DNA of 64,000 bases from Azolla caroliniana (GCA_043228905.1 JBHGNT010000002.1:19344001-19408000); one strand, 5' to 3'. Positions 25,876 to 40,848 are shown, numbered from the stretch's first letter. The notes: generated by a model not told the origin, from the letters alone. Numbers and translations are program-made.

Positions 25876-28800
25876 ATTGTGTTTGTGAATGCTTGTAGAT
25901 TTTGATGAACACTCCCAAGAATATACAACATATACTGTGCATTAATATATATATATATTATTTTATATATATATAATATATGTATATGTGTGTGAGTATA
26001 TATGTATGTATGTATATGTGGGAGTGTGTGTGGATATGTGGGTGAGGGGGTGTGTTAACTAACATTGATGATGGAGGAGAAGTTAGTGAATTTGTAGTAG
26101 TAGTAAGGGGCAATAATAAATATAGAGGGGAGTACATAATGAAAGGGAAGGGGAAGGGGAAGGGGGAAGGGGGAAGGGGAAGGGAAGGGATGTGTGTGGA
26201 CCACAATTCAAGGAAAGCAAAGGGGCACACACACACATTGCATACTAGGCAATATGTACATGCATGGATGTGTGTTGTTCCGTTCCGTCCGTCCGTCCAT
26301 CTCTCGGTATTGTGCTTCACCTAGTTTCGCACTCACACCACCCTACTTCCCCCCGATCCAACTTACCACTACAATAATAATCGCTACTAGCTCTACATGT
26401 GCCTCCCTTGCCCCCCCGCTTGCCTTGCAGACTCCTCTCAACTCTCCCCGAGACTTCGTACGTACCATGTCATCTTCCCCCCACGTCTCTCCCCGTCAAT
26501 TGTCCCCGCCCCTTGCTGGGAGAGGAATTGAACCAACTTAGGGTCCATGTCCGATCGATCGGTCTAACTTTGCATATTGCTAATGTTTGACATTAATCAC
26601 CACTAGGAAGTCTTGGTGACGTAACTCGACGAGTAAAGTAGACGTAGCCTTAATGTGATTAATTATACTTTGAACTTATCGCATGTTTATTGACAACCAT
26701 AAGAGAGGAAAGAAGATTCAAGGTCTTACTTAATACTATAGTTTTATCATTTGAGAGAGTATCCTCTTGCGTGGGGATTTCAAATGTCTACTTGGACAAG
26801 TTTTTTTTGACAACCTGAACTCTTTGATCTCTCAAAGTATAAAGTACTAGACAAGTAGATTTGGTCAATATATTTATGCATATACATACGTGCTACACAA
26901 TTTCCCTATTTTAAATTATTGATGGTAAAATTATAATAGCTCAAGAGAAACGTTGAGACACCTCTTACTTGCTAGGCAGTTACTGAAACACCTTTCTTGT
27001 AACAGGAAATTTACTCCTCCTTGAGAGTAGATTATGACAACTCTAGAAAGCACACAATGACACATATTACTTGTTGGACATTTACCCGAATATCTCTCAT
27101 GTAGTACGAAATTTGCCGCTACCACAATTCGTGTATATGATGAGTCGTTTCCAAAAACCTTTGGGGTATTCTAACAGATATCCAAAAAACGAAGGGTACA
27201 TACTCCCGTCTCATGATGAGGTAGATATAGTTTGAATAGGGTTTTGTCTTTTCTCTTCTTCTTCTTCTGCTTCTTCAAGGTGGAGAAAACGATGTTTGAC
27301 TCTTTTACTTTTATCTTTTGCGCTCCATTCCATACATAATATTTATTGCATTCAAAGTCCATCGACTATCCCAATCAAGCAAAAAACTACTCGCATAAAT
27401 ACTGATAACCCTGTTCATCGCCGCACACTTGTATCCTCTAAAACATCTTGGAAAATTAATGTAAATATGTAACTCACCAAACAACCAACCCACTCATTTG
27501 GCGGTCTTGCTTACCACATCACTTTCTTTCATCCATGCCGTGATAATCTAGAGCTAATTGATGGACATTAGGGATAGTTTTAGAGTACTTACGATGAACA
27601 CTATTCATTGCTTGACACTACATCATGGGGGAACAAATGACAACTTTGACAATGAGGAGTAACAAACAAATTGGTTGGTTGCATTGAAAACATGCATGCA
27701 TACATGTATTGCAACATGACCGAACTTATTTTCAAAGTATCCTATTGAAAGGTCCCATTGGAACCACACGGTGAGGTTGTACCATTTCATAATAAATAGT
27801 ATATCAAGGAGGACCTACGTGGGAGTAGAGTTCAATAATATTATATATATATATATGCGTTGTACTAATGTAGTAGTAGAGTTCGACAATATACTATATA
27901 CTCGATATATAATATTGTATCGAAACTCATTCCAAGACATGATGAGATGGTTATATATACATATATAAGTTTGGCATAGGATCAATTTACACCCTAGTTC
28001 TCACCCTCACTTTGTGGTGGAATCAATTTATAATTATGTTCTAACCCTCAATGTGGGAACTCTTATAATTAGTGCTAACCTCTAACATGGACTTTGATCA
28101 TTTGGGCCAAAATACTATAGATGCTGCTAAATTTTGAACATAAAAGAGACAAACAAGATAATTGTAAGTTTGATCACATAATAAAACAAAAAAAGGATTC
28201 GACATTCTATGCCCTTTTTAAAAAGTTATTTTAACCCATTAACTTGTTTTATCCAGAAAACAAAAGATTACCTCAAGCGTGTCTTTTGCAGTTTGTCCTC
28301 TCAAAATGATTTCGGTGATCTTGCATCAAATGTGGAATGAAATTCTCTCACAAAAAGAATATCAATCGATCACCATTTACCTTAACTTATGTTAAGTAAG
28401 ACCCATTGTGATTTTTTCTTTTATTTTTCCCAACAATGGTTTATATAACGTCTAAAGTGAATTACATGATACACGGACACTTGCAAATATCTTAACAACT
28501 CAACACATATTTTTACCTTTTTCCAACTACTCTTAAGTTGCCATAGACATACAAATCTCCCAAAGCATTGCCAAGAACGGTTCCTTTCCCTTATACAGTA
28601 CTTGTACATGGCCACATGCCTCACGTCGTTGGAGGAAATACCTAGAGAGGTGGTTGATACCTCCAAAATTTACAATCATTAATCATGAAGAAGACATTCA
28701 TCTTTCTACAAAACCCATAAGACTAATCGTCTCCCAAACCACCCCATTCTGTATTGAATTAATAGACATCCCATTGTGAATTTTTTACGTTCACCTTTTG

Positions 28801-29988
28801 AAGTTTGAGATTGTGAGTTCATCAAGCCCCACTCAGTGCATTATGCATGCAAACAATTACAATATCTTCTATTTTGTTTGGGTAGTCTTGGAGTAATTTT
28901 TATGAAAATAATACACCATCATGCCATTAAGAAGAAGACTCAAGAAGAAGAACAAAGGAAATCCATCCTTGGGTAAACTAAATTTTACAAAAGTATCAGC
29001 CCCTATTTATTGAAAGATTTGAGTGAATTAAATGTTACCCTAACAACATAGAAGATGAATAGCTCGATTAACCTAACCAATACTTTGTGAGAAGGAAAAA
29101 GACAAGAAAATAATGTTTGATAAGTTTTGAATCATACACTACATATTGACCCATGGAGCTGATAAATAATACAAAAAGATTTAAAGCATTTGGTTGGCCC
29201 TCAAAATTTGAACCAATCATAGCTTGCCTAGAGGTCCAAGCTTTACCCAAATGAATTGTACAAATATTCGACAATGATATAAACACATTACTTGCTAATG
29301 CTTAGTCATAAAATCATTGCCTATATGCAATCTTATGTAAGAGAGTTCAATATTGTGGACAAATTCACGTTAAGCTTATTACATTTTTCTCAAGTTATAA
29401 AGCTAATGGTGATGTTTTGCTCATTACTAAAATCTTCAAAACATTTCACATTATGAGGATGTTTAGTTTGTTACCAAAACCATCAAATTTATTTTGTTTT
29501 ATGATCAAGCAATTTGCTAAATGGCTCTCCTAGAAATGGCTTTGCAACATTAAGATTATGTGTTGCTCATAAATTTATTACCACCCAACATCACCCAACA
29601 TCGACATTGAGATTGAAAATGATAGCATTGCTCTTTTCAATAAATTAAATGTAATATTTAATAGCCTTGCCTGATTCAAGGTACTGGTAATTGAAATATG
29701 ATAGCATTGCCATTGACAAAGGATAATCAATACCATAAAGCAATCACTAAGTAGGATCATTGAACAACCTCATAATTATTCTACAATCAGGACAATACGG
29801 ATAAAATGTAGTTAGATTAATTATGATGATATATGCATGAATTAATTAATGTATCTTCCTTGGCCAATGTGGCAATGATATACACTTCTCGTGAATCACC
29901 TTGCATGTTGAGCTTGCGAGAAGTAAGAACAAATTTTCAATTTTCTCTATTTCATTCCATGCACTAAGTGAGTAAGTGCCACCCCACA

Positions 29989-30485
29989 TAACAATCGGCA
30001 ACGGTTCGGTTTGAATCGAACTGAACTGTGAAACTGCAGTTTAATGGCTTAATGGTTTCAACGGTTCAGTTCAGGTTTGGGTTTTTTTTTTTTTAACGGT
30101 TTAGTTCGGTTTCATCAGTAAAAAACCGTGGTTTAAACGGTTTAACGGTTTTTTATTTTTTATTTATTATTATTTTTAAAAAAAATTGTAAAAATTGTTT
30201 TTAAACAATCTTTTTATTTTTAGACCTTATTTTCACATTTTAGGAACATCTTAAAAATTTTAAAAAATTAAAAAAATGAAATATTATAAATTTAAAAAAA
30301 TTTAAAAATAAAAATAAAAATAATTGACCTATGTTGAAAACCAAAACCGAATCACGAAACTGCGGTTTTTACAGTTTAATGGTTTAACGGTTTGAAAAAT
30401 GTTTAACGGTTTGGTTCAGGTTTCAAAAAATTTAAACGGTTCGGTTTGGACCCACTCAAACCGACCGAACCGTTGCCGATTGTTA
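29989..30485. mobile_element. Non-autonomous hAT-type MITE (497 bp)
   Basis: 22-bp TIR TAACAATCGGCAACGGTTCGGT. 8-bp TSD ACCCCACA at 29981-29988 and 30486-30493. Many subterminal AACCG/CGGTT motifs. Confidence 0.92.
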
Positions 30486-30599
30486 ACCCCACACTTAGAC
30501 TCCATACAAAGACCACCCTAAAATTGAATAACATCCATCTTACTGCCCATCTTGAACTAGCACTTTGATTGTAGTGATTCTCAAACATATAATAATTAT

Positions 30600-32400
30600 T
30601 CCAACTCATTTCACATCCAGACTAATAGCATACATTTCACCTAATTGTGGATGAGACATTAATACAAGATATTTGGAGTTGTGAACCATTTTATTGGTTC
30701 CCCCTTGTATGTAAAAGAGAGGTCATGTCTTGGTTGTATTGATTTTTTTAGCCATTTTGTTTTCTGTCCACATTAATTGTTAGCCCATTAGCTTGACATA
30801 ATGTTTCCAATACATTAAGTGTTGCATATCATCCTAAGTATACGAGAGTAACACAACACCATCAACGTGTAGGAGTTTAATTAAAGTAAGCTCTTGCATG
30901 AGTTTCGGGCCATCTAATCCTTCTTCTTTTGTTGTCTGGTTTAATATTTATCCTACAATGACATTTTGATCTCAATCACTCTTTTCTAAAGTTCATTCCT
31001 TAGTACAATGTTTTCGTTTGATGTCGGTGGTCTTAACAATAGTTATTCTTACTCTTAACCAAGTGATTGTCATTTGAATGTTTTGGTCTAAAGCATGCTT
31101 GATCAATGTGTTGATTCGTGATGATGTTCAAACCATGACCTAATATTATTCTCCGTAATAGTATTATATAACTTGGCCATAACAGAGATAACCATAATCT
31201 TTCGGTAGTTGGATACCAATTTTTTATCTCTTCCATTGTTGATCAGTTTAATAAAATTCACGAGCCAATCGTTTGGAGAACCGTGTTGATAGCTTGATCC
31301 ATGATAGTTTCTATTTATTGACAAGTTCATGGTCTTATTCACCTCGAGAACGAAATTCTTGTGATTAAAGTTCCAATTGGTGCTTTGCCAATTGGACGTA
31401 CTTTTCATCCCTTTATTGATGTCTTCAATATACACACTTGCATTGTATGGTGTTTCCATACTCAATGTCGTTGGCATTTGTCAATTATATCTTCTTTTTT
31501 CCCTTGAGTTATCTCCACCCAGACTTTGGTTGGAGTTAAAACATTTGTGTTTCTTAATTCTTGCATTTGATAATAATACATCTTCCCTTCTCTCACCATT
31601 TTTCGAGATTGATACAATGTTCAAACTTTTCATTTTTATCTTTTGTGAGCTTGAACATTTTGAGATGAGCCTTACAATTTTCATTGAACCAAGCATTACA
31701 TGGGAAACTAAGAATTTGATGGCATTGAAATATTGATATTCTACCTTGAAAATGACAACATTCAATTGTTACTAATTTGTTTTCACATCTTTGCTAAGGG
31801 CAAGGTTCATATGAGGATTCCCAAACTCATTTGCAATTAGATTAGGCTTTTGATAATAAGGTTACATAATGAACATATTCTCCTTTTGTCCTTTGAACCA
31901 TTGGTCAAAACATCTAACTTGTACGAGTGAGTTTGAAGAAGTGTTAACAACTCCAAGAGCAAAGGCTCATGGGAGTAGTATGATGCAAATGGAAATGTTA
32001 TTTCGTTTTTACCTTGCGTTGGGACCAACATTAAAGGTTAACATCGCCATTTTTGACATTTTGGCATCTTGCCACTACATCCTCAATGCCTCTAGTAATC
32101 TATCTCAATGATCACATATGCCATAACATCACATGAGAGCCCCAATAGATAATTTAGTCCCTATCCTTTTTTTTCATGAAAAAATATCCTCCTTCGATAT
32201 TAAAAGTAAAGTGGCCATAGGCAACATACAAAGTAGTCCAATATTACAATCAATGTTGTAAAGTTGTGCTGAAGGACCCTAGCCAATCTTTATAGGTAAA
32301 GTTAACGAAGAAAAAAAACCCTCGTAAAGTAGTGGATGAGTAAAGAAAGTATAATGAAGCCATACCATTCTCTAGATCAACAAGATGAAGAAGAAAGTAA
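30600..32400 (-). mobile_element. Degenerate non-LTR retrotransposon (RT remnant)
   Basis: SNYRKIMVISVMAKLY...QACFRPKHS (RT N-terminal motifs), a LHVDGVVLL YADD-like remnant and a KYL motif. Boundaries are approximate. Confidence 0.6.
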
Positions 32401-33736
32401 CATGAGTACTCCTACGACTTGTTTGTGAATCTTTGAGGAATTCCAAGCAATAGAAACACGATCATCCAACTGAATCTCCTCTTGATAAGCATTTTATGGA
32501 GTCAGCTTTTAGTGTAGTTTTAACCTTGTAACAAAAAGAAACATTCTTGGAATTTGTGTAATCAATGATAATATACATAAATATAGATGGTTGAACAATA
32601 GTTTGATTCCCAATGCAAGAAACAAAAGAATCCAACACATTAAACATCACTTTGTATGAATTGATCTCATCAAATAATTTAATCAAAAACCTTCCAATTC
32701 CTAGTAACATTGGATGATGCCAGGGGAGGAGGTGCTAAAAGGCTTATAAATTAGGCCATGAACCCTCCTTACTTCAATTTTCCTCTACACTTTAGCTTCT
32801 TCTTCAGCTTCTACACAATCCAACTATAGAAATCCTTGTTCAACAATTCAGATAGTACAACAAATTACTTCTCTACAACCTTTGCCCCACCATTTACAAC
32901 CTTCACCAAAGAGGTAACTTGTTCGATGAACTCCAATGACTGGAATTGGAAGATTTTTGCTGATGACAACAACATGTAGGACTTGTTACCAAGATGATAT
33001 GTAATTTTGTAGTTTATCTCCACTCACGTACAAAGAAGAATGGAAAAACCCCTCCCCAAATTTGAAATTTAAGCAACCACGTAATCAAGCCTCCTTGCCA
33101 CTCCCTAGATATGCTTCGTCCTCCATTAACATCATCATTTTTTACCACAAACTTGGATTGAAAAGAAAGTTATTATTCTTTCCATCTATAAGGATGACTT
33201 CCCACAGCAAACCCAAACCATACAACCTTATTGTCCTTATTCCCTCATCCTTCCCATAATCCATCATCTACACAATAAGAAGCATACAAAAAGTTATGTT
33301 GATTTGATTCCCCCAAGTAGAGCCATCCAATGCATCCTTAAAGTCCTTCCCCTCGTTGTTATCAACCTTGCTGAATAATGAAAGGAAGTTCATCCCCGTA
33401 GAGTGTATGAAAACAATAGAAGTCGAAGTAGATAACCCAATTGACCTGAAATATTATATAAAACAAAAAGAAGGAGATAAATTGATTATTAAAATAAGTT
33501 CCCCCAAGCATAACCAATGATAACCCTATTCTCCTTCCTTAATTGACCTCGACTCCTAACCAAAAGAAGAGGTTCTCACTCTATGTCACTCGAAATATGA
33601 GAAGAAAAATAAGGACACCAAGAGTAACATGCAACCATTATGATCCAACCTTCAATTTAAAAGAAGGAAGACGCTAGTCTTAAGCCTCCTAGCTATCCTT
33701 GTATATTCTTTCTACATAATATATCTTTTGTCATCA

Positions 33737-33787
<51 letters not shown>

Positions 33788-35599
33788 TTCTACACCCTCT
33801 TTTCCTCTTAGTACTAATCTTCATCTCTTAGTACTAATCTCCTCTCTGTCTCAATAATATTCCTGACAGTTTGAACCAATTTTTCTCCTTCCTCCTCTTC
33901 CTTTTATCTTCTTACTTCTCCCTCCCTTCATACTAATCTCTTATTCCTCTTTTCTCTCATACTATGGCCACTGTTAGTACTCAAGAATATTAATCTGTTT
34001 TCTCGGAGTTACAATGCTTGAAAGAGAAGTTTCTCGCACTCGAACAAGAAAATCAATGACTGTTGGGGGATCTTTAACAAATCTCCTTAGAAAAGCAGCA
34101 GACGCAATAACAACATGGGGAACTAGAGGTTACACGTGCAACAACTTGAAGCGACCATTGTAGCATTGCAACAACAAGAACCAAGTACGCAAGGGATTCA
34201 TAAAGAACCCAAGATTGGCTTTCCTATGAAATTCGATGGAACGCGATCATAGTTTAGAGGATTCCTTAATTAGGTATGATTAGTCATTCAAATGCATCCT
34301 TCCCGATATCCCACCGATGCATCATTCGTGGATCTAGTAAGCACGTTGTTAAGTGGCTCAACTTTTGGCATGGTTCGCTCCGTTGTTAGAAAAGGAATCT
34401 CTATTACCAAACAATTTTGAAGAGTTTATAAGTGAGTTTAAAGCCTGTTTTGGAGATACTGATTGCATTAGGACAACAATCAACAAAATTTGACAATTAC
34501 GTCAAGGTGACCGTCCAACCTCTGCATACACTGCAGATTTCTATCTACTCGCCTCCGATGTCCCCTGGGATGACCAAGCATTAAAGGAGGCAGATAAATC
34601 AATAACCGCTAGTACTAATAGTACTAAACTCGAGTCTATCTCTTTGGGTGTGTCCGATAGTCCTAGTAGCCCAAGCCTTTCAAACAAATTTGAAATCCTT
34701 AGTCAAATAGAAGAAGAGTTAAACGATTAAGTTTAGCCAAAATAGGAGCCATTTGGTTGGACAACCCTAGATCTGTGCAGCCCATTAATGGTTTCATTTC
34801 CTCTAAACAAGTTAGCAATGTGTTCTTAGCTCAAGTAATGGTTAGTACTAAAAGTACTCCTCCAGTACATGTCTTAGCACTCTTACATTCCGGAGCCAAC
34901 TCTTGCTTCATGGATAGGAATTTTGCCCAAGCTCATCAGATATCCCTAAGAAAACTTTCTTGCCCAACATCTATAGTTGTTATTGATGGTCGTCCAATTC
35001 TTTTTGAAAATATCGTAGAGGAGTCAGAACCGATTCAAGTTGTCCTAGATAACTTGGTGTGTGTAGTATCATTTAATATAATTAGTAGTCCAGATCATCC
35101 AATTGTCTTGGGGTTACCGTGGTTCGAATTACATAACCCAGACATAGATTAGAGAACAAGAGAAATCCGATATCAACAAATCTGAGGATCTACTCATAAG
35201 ATTGCAACCATTTCGCTACAACAATTGCGTGAGGAAGGACACAAGGAAGCAATGTTCGTCTTCGTTGTATCAGTAAAATCTTCCAACACTACTAAAGATG
35301 AATCCACAGTTCAACTTCCAAAGAAGTATCGTCAGTATGCCAATGTGTTCGATAAGGTACAAGCCAATACGTTTCCTCACCATTGACCATATGATTGTCC
35401 CATTGATTTACAACCGGGAAAAGAGCCGCCATGGGGACCGATCTACAATTTGTCACCAACCGAGCTAGATGTCCTTTGAGCCTATATATAGGAGAATTTG
35501 GCAAACGGTTTCATTCGATATTTGAAATCTCCAACTAGCACACCCATTTCCTTCGTCAAGAAAAAGGATGGATCACTTCGTCTTGTAGTAGACTACCGT

Positions 35600-36763
35600 T
35601 ATCGTAAAGATCCGTCACTACGTGCGGATCGTGAGGCGGAACTGCCGGGGTCCTGGACCGGAAGGATTCAAAGTTTGCACTAGCTTTCGCGAGAAAGAGT
35701 TTAAGATAGATCGAGAGAGAGAGATTGAGATTAAGATTCCAATTTTGAAACAGATTGAGAAAGATTGAAATGGAGAGAGAGATTAAGATTGAACTCTTGA
35801 TTTTAGATTTGAAGAACAAGATATATCATCAATTGGATAACAAATTTTTTATTTATTTTTAAATTCTTGATTCATACATCGCCCCCTTTTGATCTTTTTC
35901 ATCTATTCTTTTATAGATGGCCCCATGCATATGATGCATGTGAGGGTACAATACATGCATATAATGCATGGAATGCATGTGATGCATGTTTGCCATTTGG
36001 TGCTCATGCACTACATGTGATGCATGATAACCATGTCACTCAATCAAGCTATAATATGAGAATTTACATGTAAAACTATAATGGTAGGAAAAACATTCCC
36101 AAGGAAACGACATGGTTTAGTGGTAAGTTTATTGCCTCCTATGTTGGAGGTGTAGGGTTCAAGCCTTGCTTACATCCCCTTTGCATACAAATTATTACTA
36201 GGTTTTTTAGTTTAGATGATTTTGTTTGTTTCACACCGAAACCATCGCGATCAACCTATTCGATCGATCCGTCCATCTGGTCTACATCCGACCCGATGAT
36301 CCGGTCTATCCGGTCCCGTTCCGGTGCCGGTGTCGGTCCTGGTTCACCTGGTTCGGTCGTCGTCCCCGTCGTTCCGGTTCCGGTCCTCCAAAACTATTAC
36401 GAGTACTTAAGCCATAGTTTAGCCCAAGAACATTTTGTGCTCCACACATAGACAAAAAGTAATAAGTTATGGCTCTGCTTATATACTATGGGATCCTGAT
36501 TTGTCCTATCTATGTGGGATATCTCATAGTTTTGTTTTTCTCTTCTTCTTCCCAAACTTCACATTCATATAACTTGACATTTAGTTGTCCGTTCAAATGT
36601 AGTAAAGTACATTACGAAGCTCTTGAAGACCTCCATCTTCTCGTACCAAGATAATCTAAAATAGTATCTTTACTATTATTGTTTCATTTCTTGTGTGAAG
36701 AACCACACTTGATTTTGCACATTCCATGCAGTTTTCACACCGTTGCCGAAAATCTTCATGACA
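35600..36763 (-). mobile_element. Solo LTR (Ylt1-like LTR group) inserted in the chromovirus RT
   Basis: Termini TATCGTAAAGA...TCTTCATGACA. 4-bp TSD CCGT/CCGC. Removing it restores DYRSLNKVTVKNRY. Carries the degenerate U5 motif GGCGGAACTGCCGGGGTCCTGGAC. Confidence 0.75.
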
Positions 36764-38525
36764 CCGCAGCTTGAATAAGGTCACCGTCAAGAATAGGTAT
36801 GCACTTCCCCTTATCTCAAGTCTTTTAGAATGGACCAATGGTGCAAGGTTCTTCACAAAGATCGACTTACGAGGAGCATATAACCTCGCACGAATTCGAC
36901 CAAGAGATGAATGGAAGACCACGTTCCGCACCAGATATGGGCATTTCGAGTATACAGTCATGTCATTTGGTCTCATTAATGCATCGGTGGTCTTCCAGCA
37001 CATGGCAAATGATATATTCCGAGATCTCTTAGATGTTTGTTTGATCATCTATTTGGATGATCTATTGGTTTATTTGAAGACCAAAGAAGAGCATGATTCT
37101 CAAGTATTGTTAGTACTAAAACAGCTTCGAGAACATGGTCTTTATGCAAAACTAGAAAAATGTAGCTTCGAGTGCAACCAGGTGGAATTTCTGGGCTATG
37201 TCATCTCCTTGGAAGGCATTTCTATGGATCCAGGTAAGGTCAAAACTGTGGTAGAGTGGTAGATGCCATGTTCGTTACGAGATGTGCAATGCTTTTTAGG
37301 CTTTGGGAATTTCCACCGCAAGTTTATACAAGATTACTCAAAGCTTATTCTGCCTCTCACACAACTTACCAAGAAGGGGGAGTTGTTTGTTTGGTCGAAA
37401 GAAGCAGACATGGATTTTGAGAGTCTTAAGAAGGCATTTACATCAGCTCCTATTCTAGCTCATGTTGATCTGGCAAAACCATTCATCATTGAGGTAGACG
37501 CATCAGATTTTGTCTTGGGTAGCATTCTTTTACAACAAGGCGATGATAAAAAGCTACATCCTGTGGCTTTCCACTCACGCAAGTTTAACACCGCCGAAAT
37601 CAACTATGAAATTCATGATAAAGAGCTATTAGCAATAGTGGACTCTTTACGCAATGGAGGCATTTTCTAGAGGGATCTTCTCATCAAGTCACTGTATTCA
37701 ATGATCACAAAAATCTTGCCTTCTTTATATTAAATCGTCGTCAAGCTCAATGGGCCCAATTCATCACTCGTTTCGACTTCAAAATTACATATTGTCCTTG
37801 AAAACAGCAAGGGAAGGTAGATGCATTATCGCGGCACTCGTATATAGCACCGCGTCCCGGTGAGCCAACATTCGATAACCAAAAGCAAGTAATCGTGGGA
37901 CTGGCACGACTGCAAGGAACACGAGTTTTCGATATGCCATTGGATTTCCACATTATCGATACCATATGTGAGGACTTAAAGACAGATGCTTTCGCTCCAA
38001 CCATTTTAGCACAAATTGACCCCTCTCGGGCATCTTGTTCACAGTTGCAACAACCAGGTACGGATTATCAACAATTCGAATGTCAAGATGGATTACTATT
38101 CTTTAAGAGGCTCTTGTATGTTCCTAATGGTTCTTGTCACCTTCGAGTAGTCCAAAATTGTCATGACACATATACAACTGGGCATTTTGGTAGTACTAAA
38201 ACATTAGATTTAGTACAACGATAATTTTGGTGGTCCCATATGCGCCGATTTGTCGAAGATTATGTTTGGACATGTGATACATGTTGTAGAGCAAAGATGC
38301 GAAGACATCATCCATATGGTTTATTGGAACCATTACCAATTCTAAGCAAGCCGTGGCAATCCATTGCTCTAGATTTCATTACAGATCTTCCAGTTTCTAA
38401 GGTATTCGATGTGATCTTAACAGTAGTAGATTGATATACGAAGATGGCCCACTTCTTGCCATGTACTAAGGAAATCACTAGTAAAAAAAGCATCAAAATT
38501 GTCATGCGTGAAGTATGTCGGCATC

Positions 38526-38814
38526 TGTCCTGATATGGCAAGACTCAAACCCATGACCTTATGTTATATGGATTGAGCTCTTGACCATTAGACTATATAT
38601 TATAATATAAAAAATATTATTTTCATTTAAGTTTTACTATAGAAAATTGATGTATATTCCAAATTTCTCTGGACATTCTAGAACCTTCAGGAGTACTCGA
38701 ACCAAATCGGTTCAAGGCACAAGGCATTATTTCAAACCAAATCGGTTCAATGCCAGTCTTAAGCCTCATAGCCATCCTTGTATATTCTTTTCACATAATA
38801 TATCGTTGTCATCA

Positions 38815-38861
<47 letters not shown>

Positions 38862-39262
38862 ATTGAGTGTTCTACACCCTCTTTTCTGTTGGGATTACGG
38901 TCCCTCCAGATGGGATGGTCGGATGTCCGGGAATCGAGAATGAAGACCCGGTTCCGGAGCCGGATGATGAAGACCCGGCTTCCGGATCCGGATGACGAAG
39001 ACCCGGCTACGGAGCCGGATGATGAAGACCCCGGCTACGGAGCCGGATGACGAAGACCCGGCTACGGAGCCGGATGATGAATGTACCCGGAGAGAGATCC
39101 GGATGCGGGGAAATATTTGTGAATATGTTTGCCAAGGGCCCTTGAGGCTATATTTGTAAATAGCCCGAAAGTCATATGTGTATAAATATGACTTAGGGCA
39201 AACAGTTTAGTGTTGTTGCTTATTTTCTGTTTTTCCACCTAGAGGGAGCGAAGTGAGAACAG

Positions 39263-39297
<35 letters not shown>

Positions 39298-39603
39298 GAA
39301 GAGGTCGACGCCTCTGTGTATTACCGCCGCCTGTGGCGAAGACAGTGAGCTCAAGGTTGTCGCCTTGTAGCTTCACCATTGTACATCTCTGTTTGTAGTG
39401 ATAGTTGGAGTTTGAGAACTCCCGTGGTTTTTTCCCCATTTAGGGTTTTCCACGTAAAACATCCAGTGTACTCTTCTCTCTATAGAACGGTGCATTTTGT
39501 ATTTCCTGTTTTCTGTGAGTCAATCATATTACTCGGTTGTGGCCGAGCGCTGTGCTCAACACCTCTTAGTACTGATATTCATCTCTTAGTACTATTCCTA
39601 ACA
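38526..39603 (+). mobile_element. Solo LTR of the host chromovirus family, inserted in the host's integrase
   Basis: Homologous to 40524-41692. TSD GCATC/ACATC. Removing it restores REVCRHHGLPDSIISDRG. Confidence 0.88.
38887..39561 (+). mobile_element. Copia-type solo LTR with a ~26-bp minisatellite, nested in the previous solo LTR
   Basis: TGTTGGGA...CTCAACA. Related to 52185-52962 (GGTTTTCCACGTAAA, CTCGGTTGTGGCCGAGC). The TSD is not clean. Confidence 0.75.
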
Positions 39604-40817
39604 ACATCATGGTCTCCCCGATAGTATCATTAGCGATCGTGGACCTCAGTTCGTTTCGAAATTCTGGAAGCACCTCTTTAAAATGCTCAAGGTAACTTGT
39701 AACCTCTCCTCCGGTTACCACCCGCAAACAGACGGACAAGCAGAACTAACAAATCAAACGCTGGAAAAGTATCTTCGGTGTTTCCTAAGATATCATCAAG
39801 ATGATTGGATGGATATTCTCCACTTCGCCGAATTGGGGCTGAATTTGCGTATAATAACTCTATCCACTCATCGACTAAGGTTACACAATTTTATGCTTAT
39901 ACGGACTATCATCCCCGGTGGTGTGTATTAGAAACTCTGGAGTTACCCACGCAAGATACATGCGAATTTATCTACTCATTTACAACAAGGTCAACAAACA
40001 CACAAGGATTATGCGGATCGTCATCGGCTTCCATCCAATTTTAACATTGGAGATCGAGTATGGCTATTACGACGACACATCAAGACTACTCGCCCATGAG
40101 GTAAATTGGATTATTGGCGATTAGGTCCTTTTAGTATTATCGGAAAAATTAATGATGTCGCTTTTCGTCTTGATCTACCGCCGCAACTACGAATACATCC
40201 GATATTTCATAGTTCTATTCTAGAACCCTATCAGGACAACACTATCCCAGGTCATATCAAACCACCTCCATCCCCGATTGAACTTGAGGATGGACATGAG
40301 TACGAGGTTGCCGCCATCCTCGATTCCAAGATTGTTCGCAACAAGCTCTACTATTTGGTTGATTGGCTAGGATATAATCCCAGCGAGCCTACTTGGGAAC
40401 CAATAGAGAATGTGACCAATGCTCATGCTCTTCTTGAAGATTTCCATCATAAATATCCAGATAAACTGGGTCCCCAATCCAAAATGACTCGTAACACTTG
40501 TTAGTCGTTTTAAAGGGGGGATAATGTCATGCTATGGCAAGATTCAAACCCATGATCTTATGTTACATTGGTTGAGCCCTTACCATTAGACTATACATTG
40601 TAATACAAAAGATATTATTTTCCTTTATTATTTCACTATAGAAAATTGATGTATATTCCAGATTTCTCTAGAACATTCTAGAAACTTCAGAGTACTCCTG
40701 AAAACACTATATAAGGAGGCACAAGGCATTATTTTGAACCAAATCGGTTCAACACTAGTCTTAAGCCTCCTAGCTATCCTTGTATATTCTTTCTACATAA
40801 TATATCTTTTGTCATCA

Positions 40818-40848
<31 letters not shown>

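Noticed and set aside
28140-29820. Possible very old LINE remnant
   Set aside because: Only vague similarity by eye, with no motif I can support confidently.
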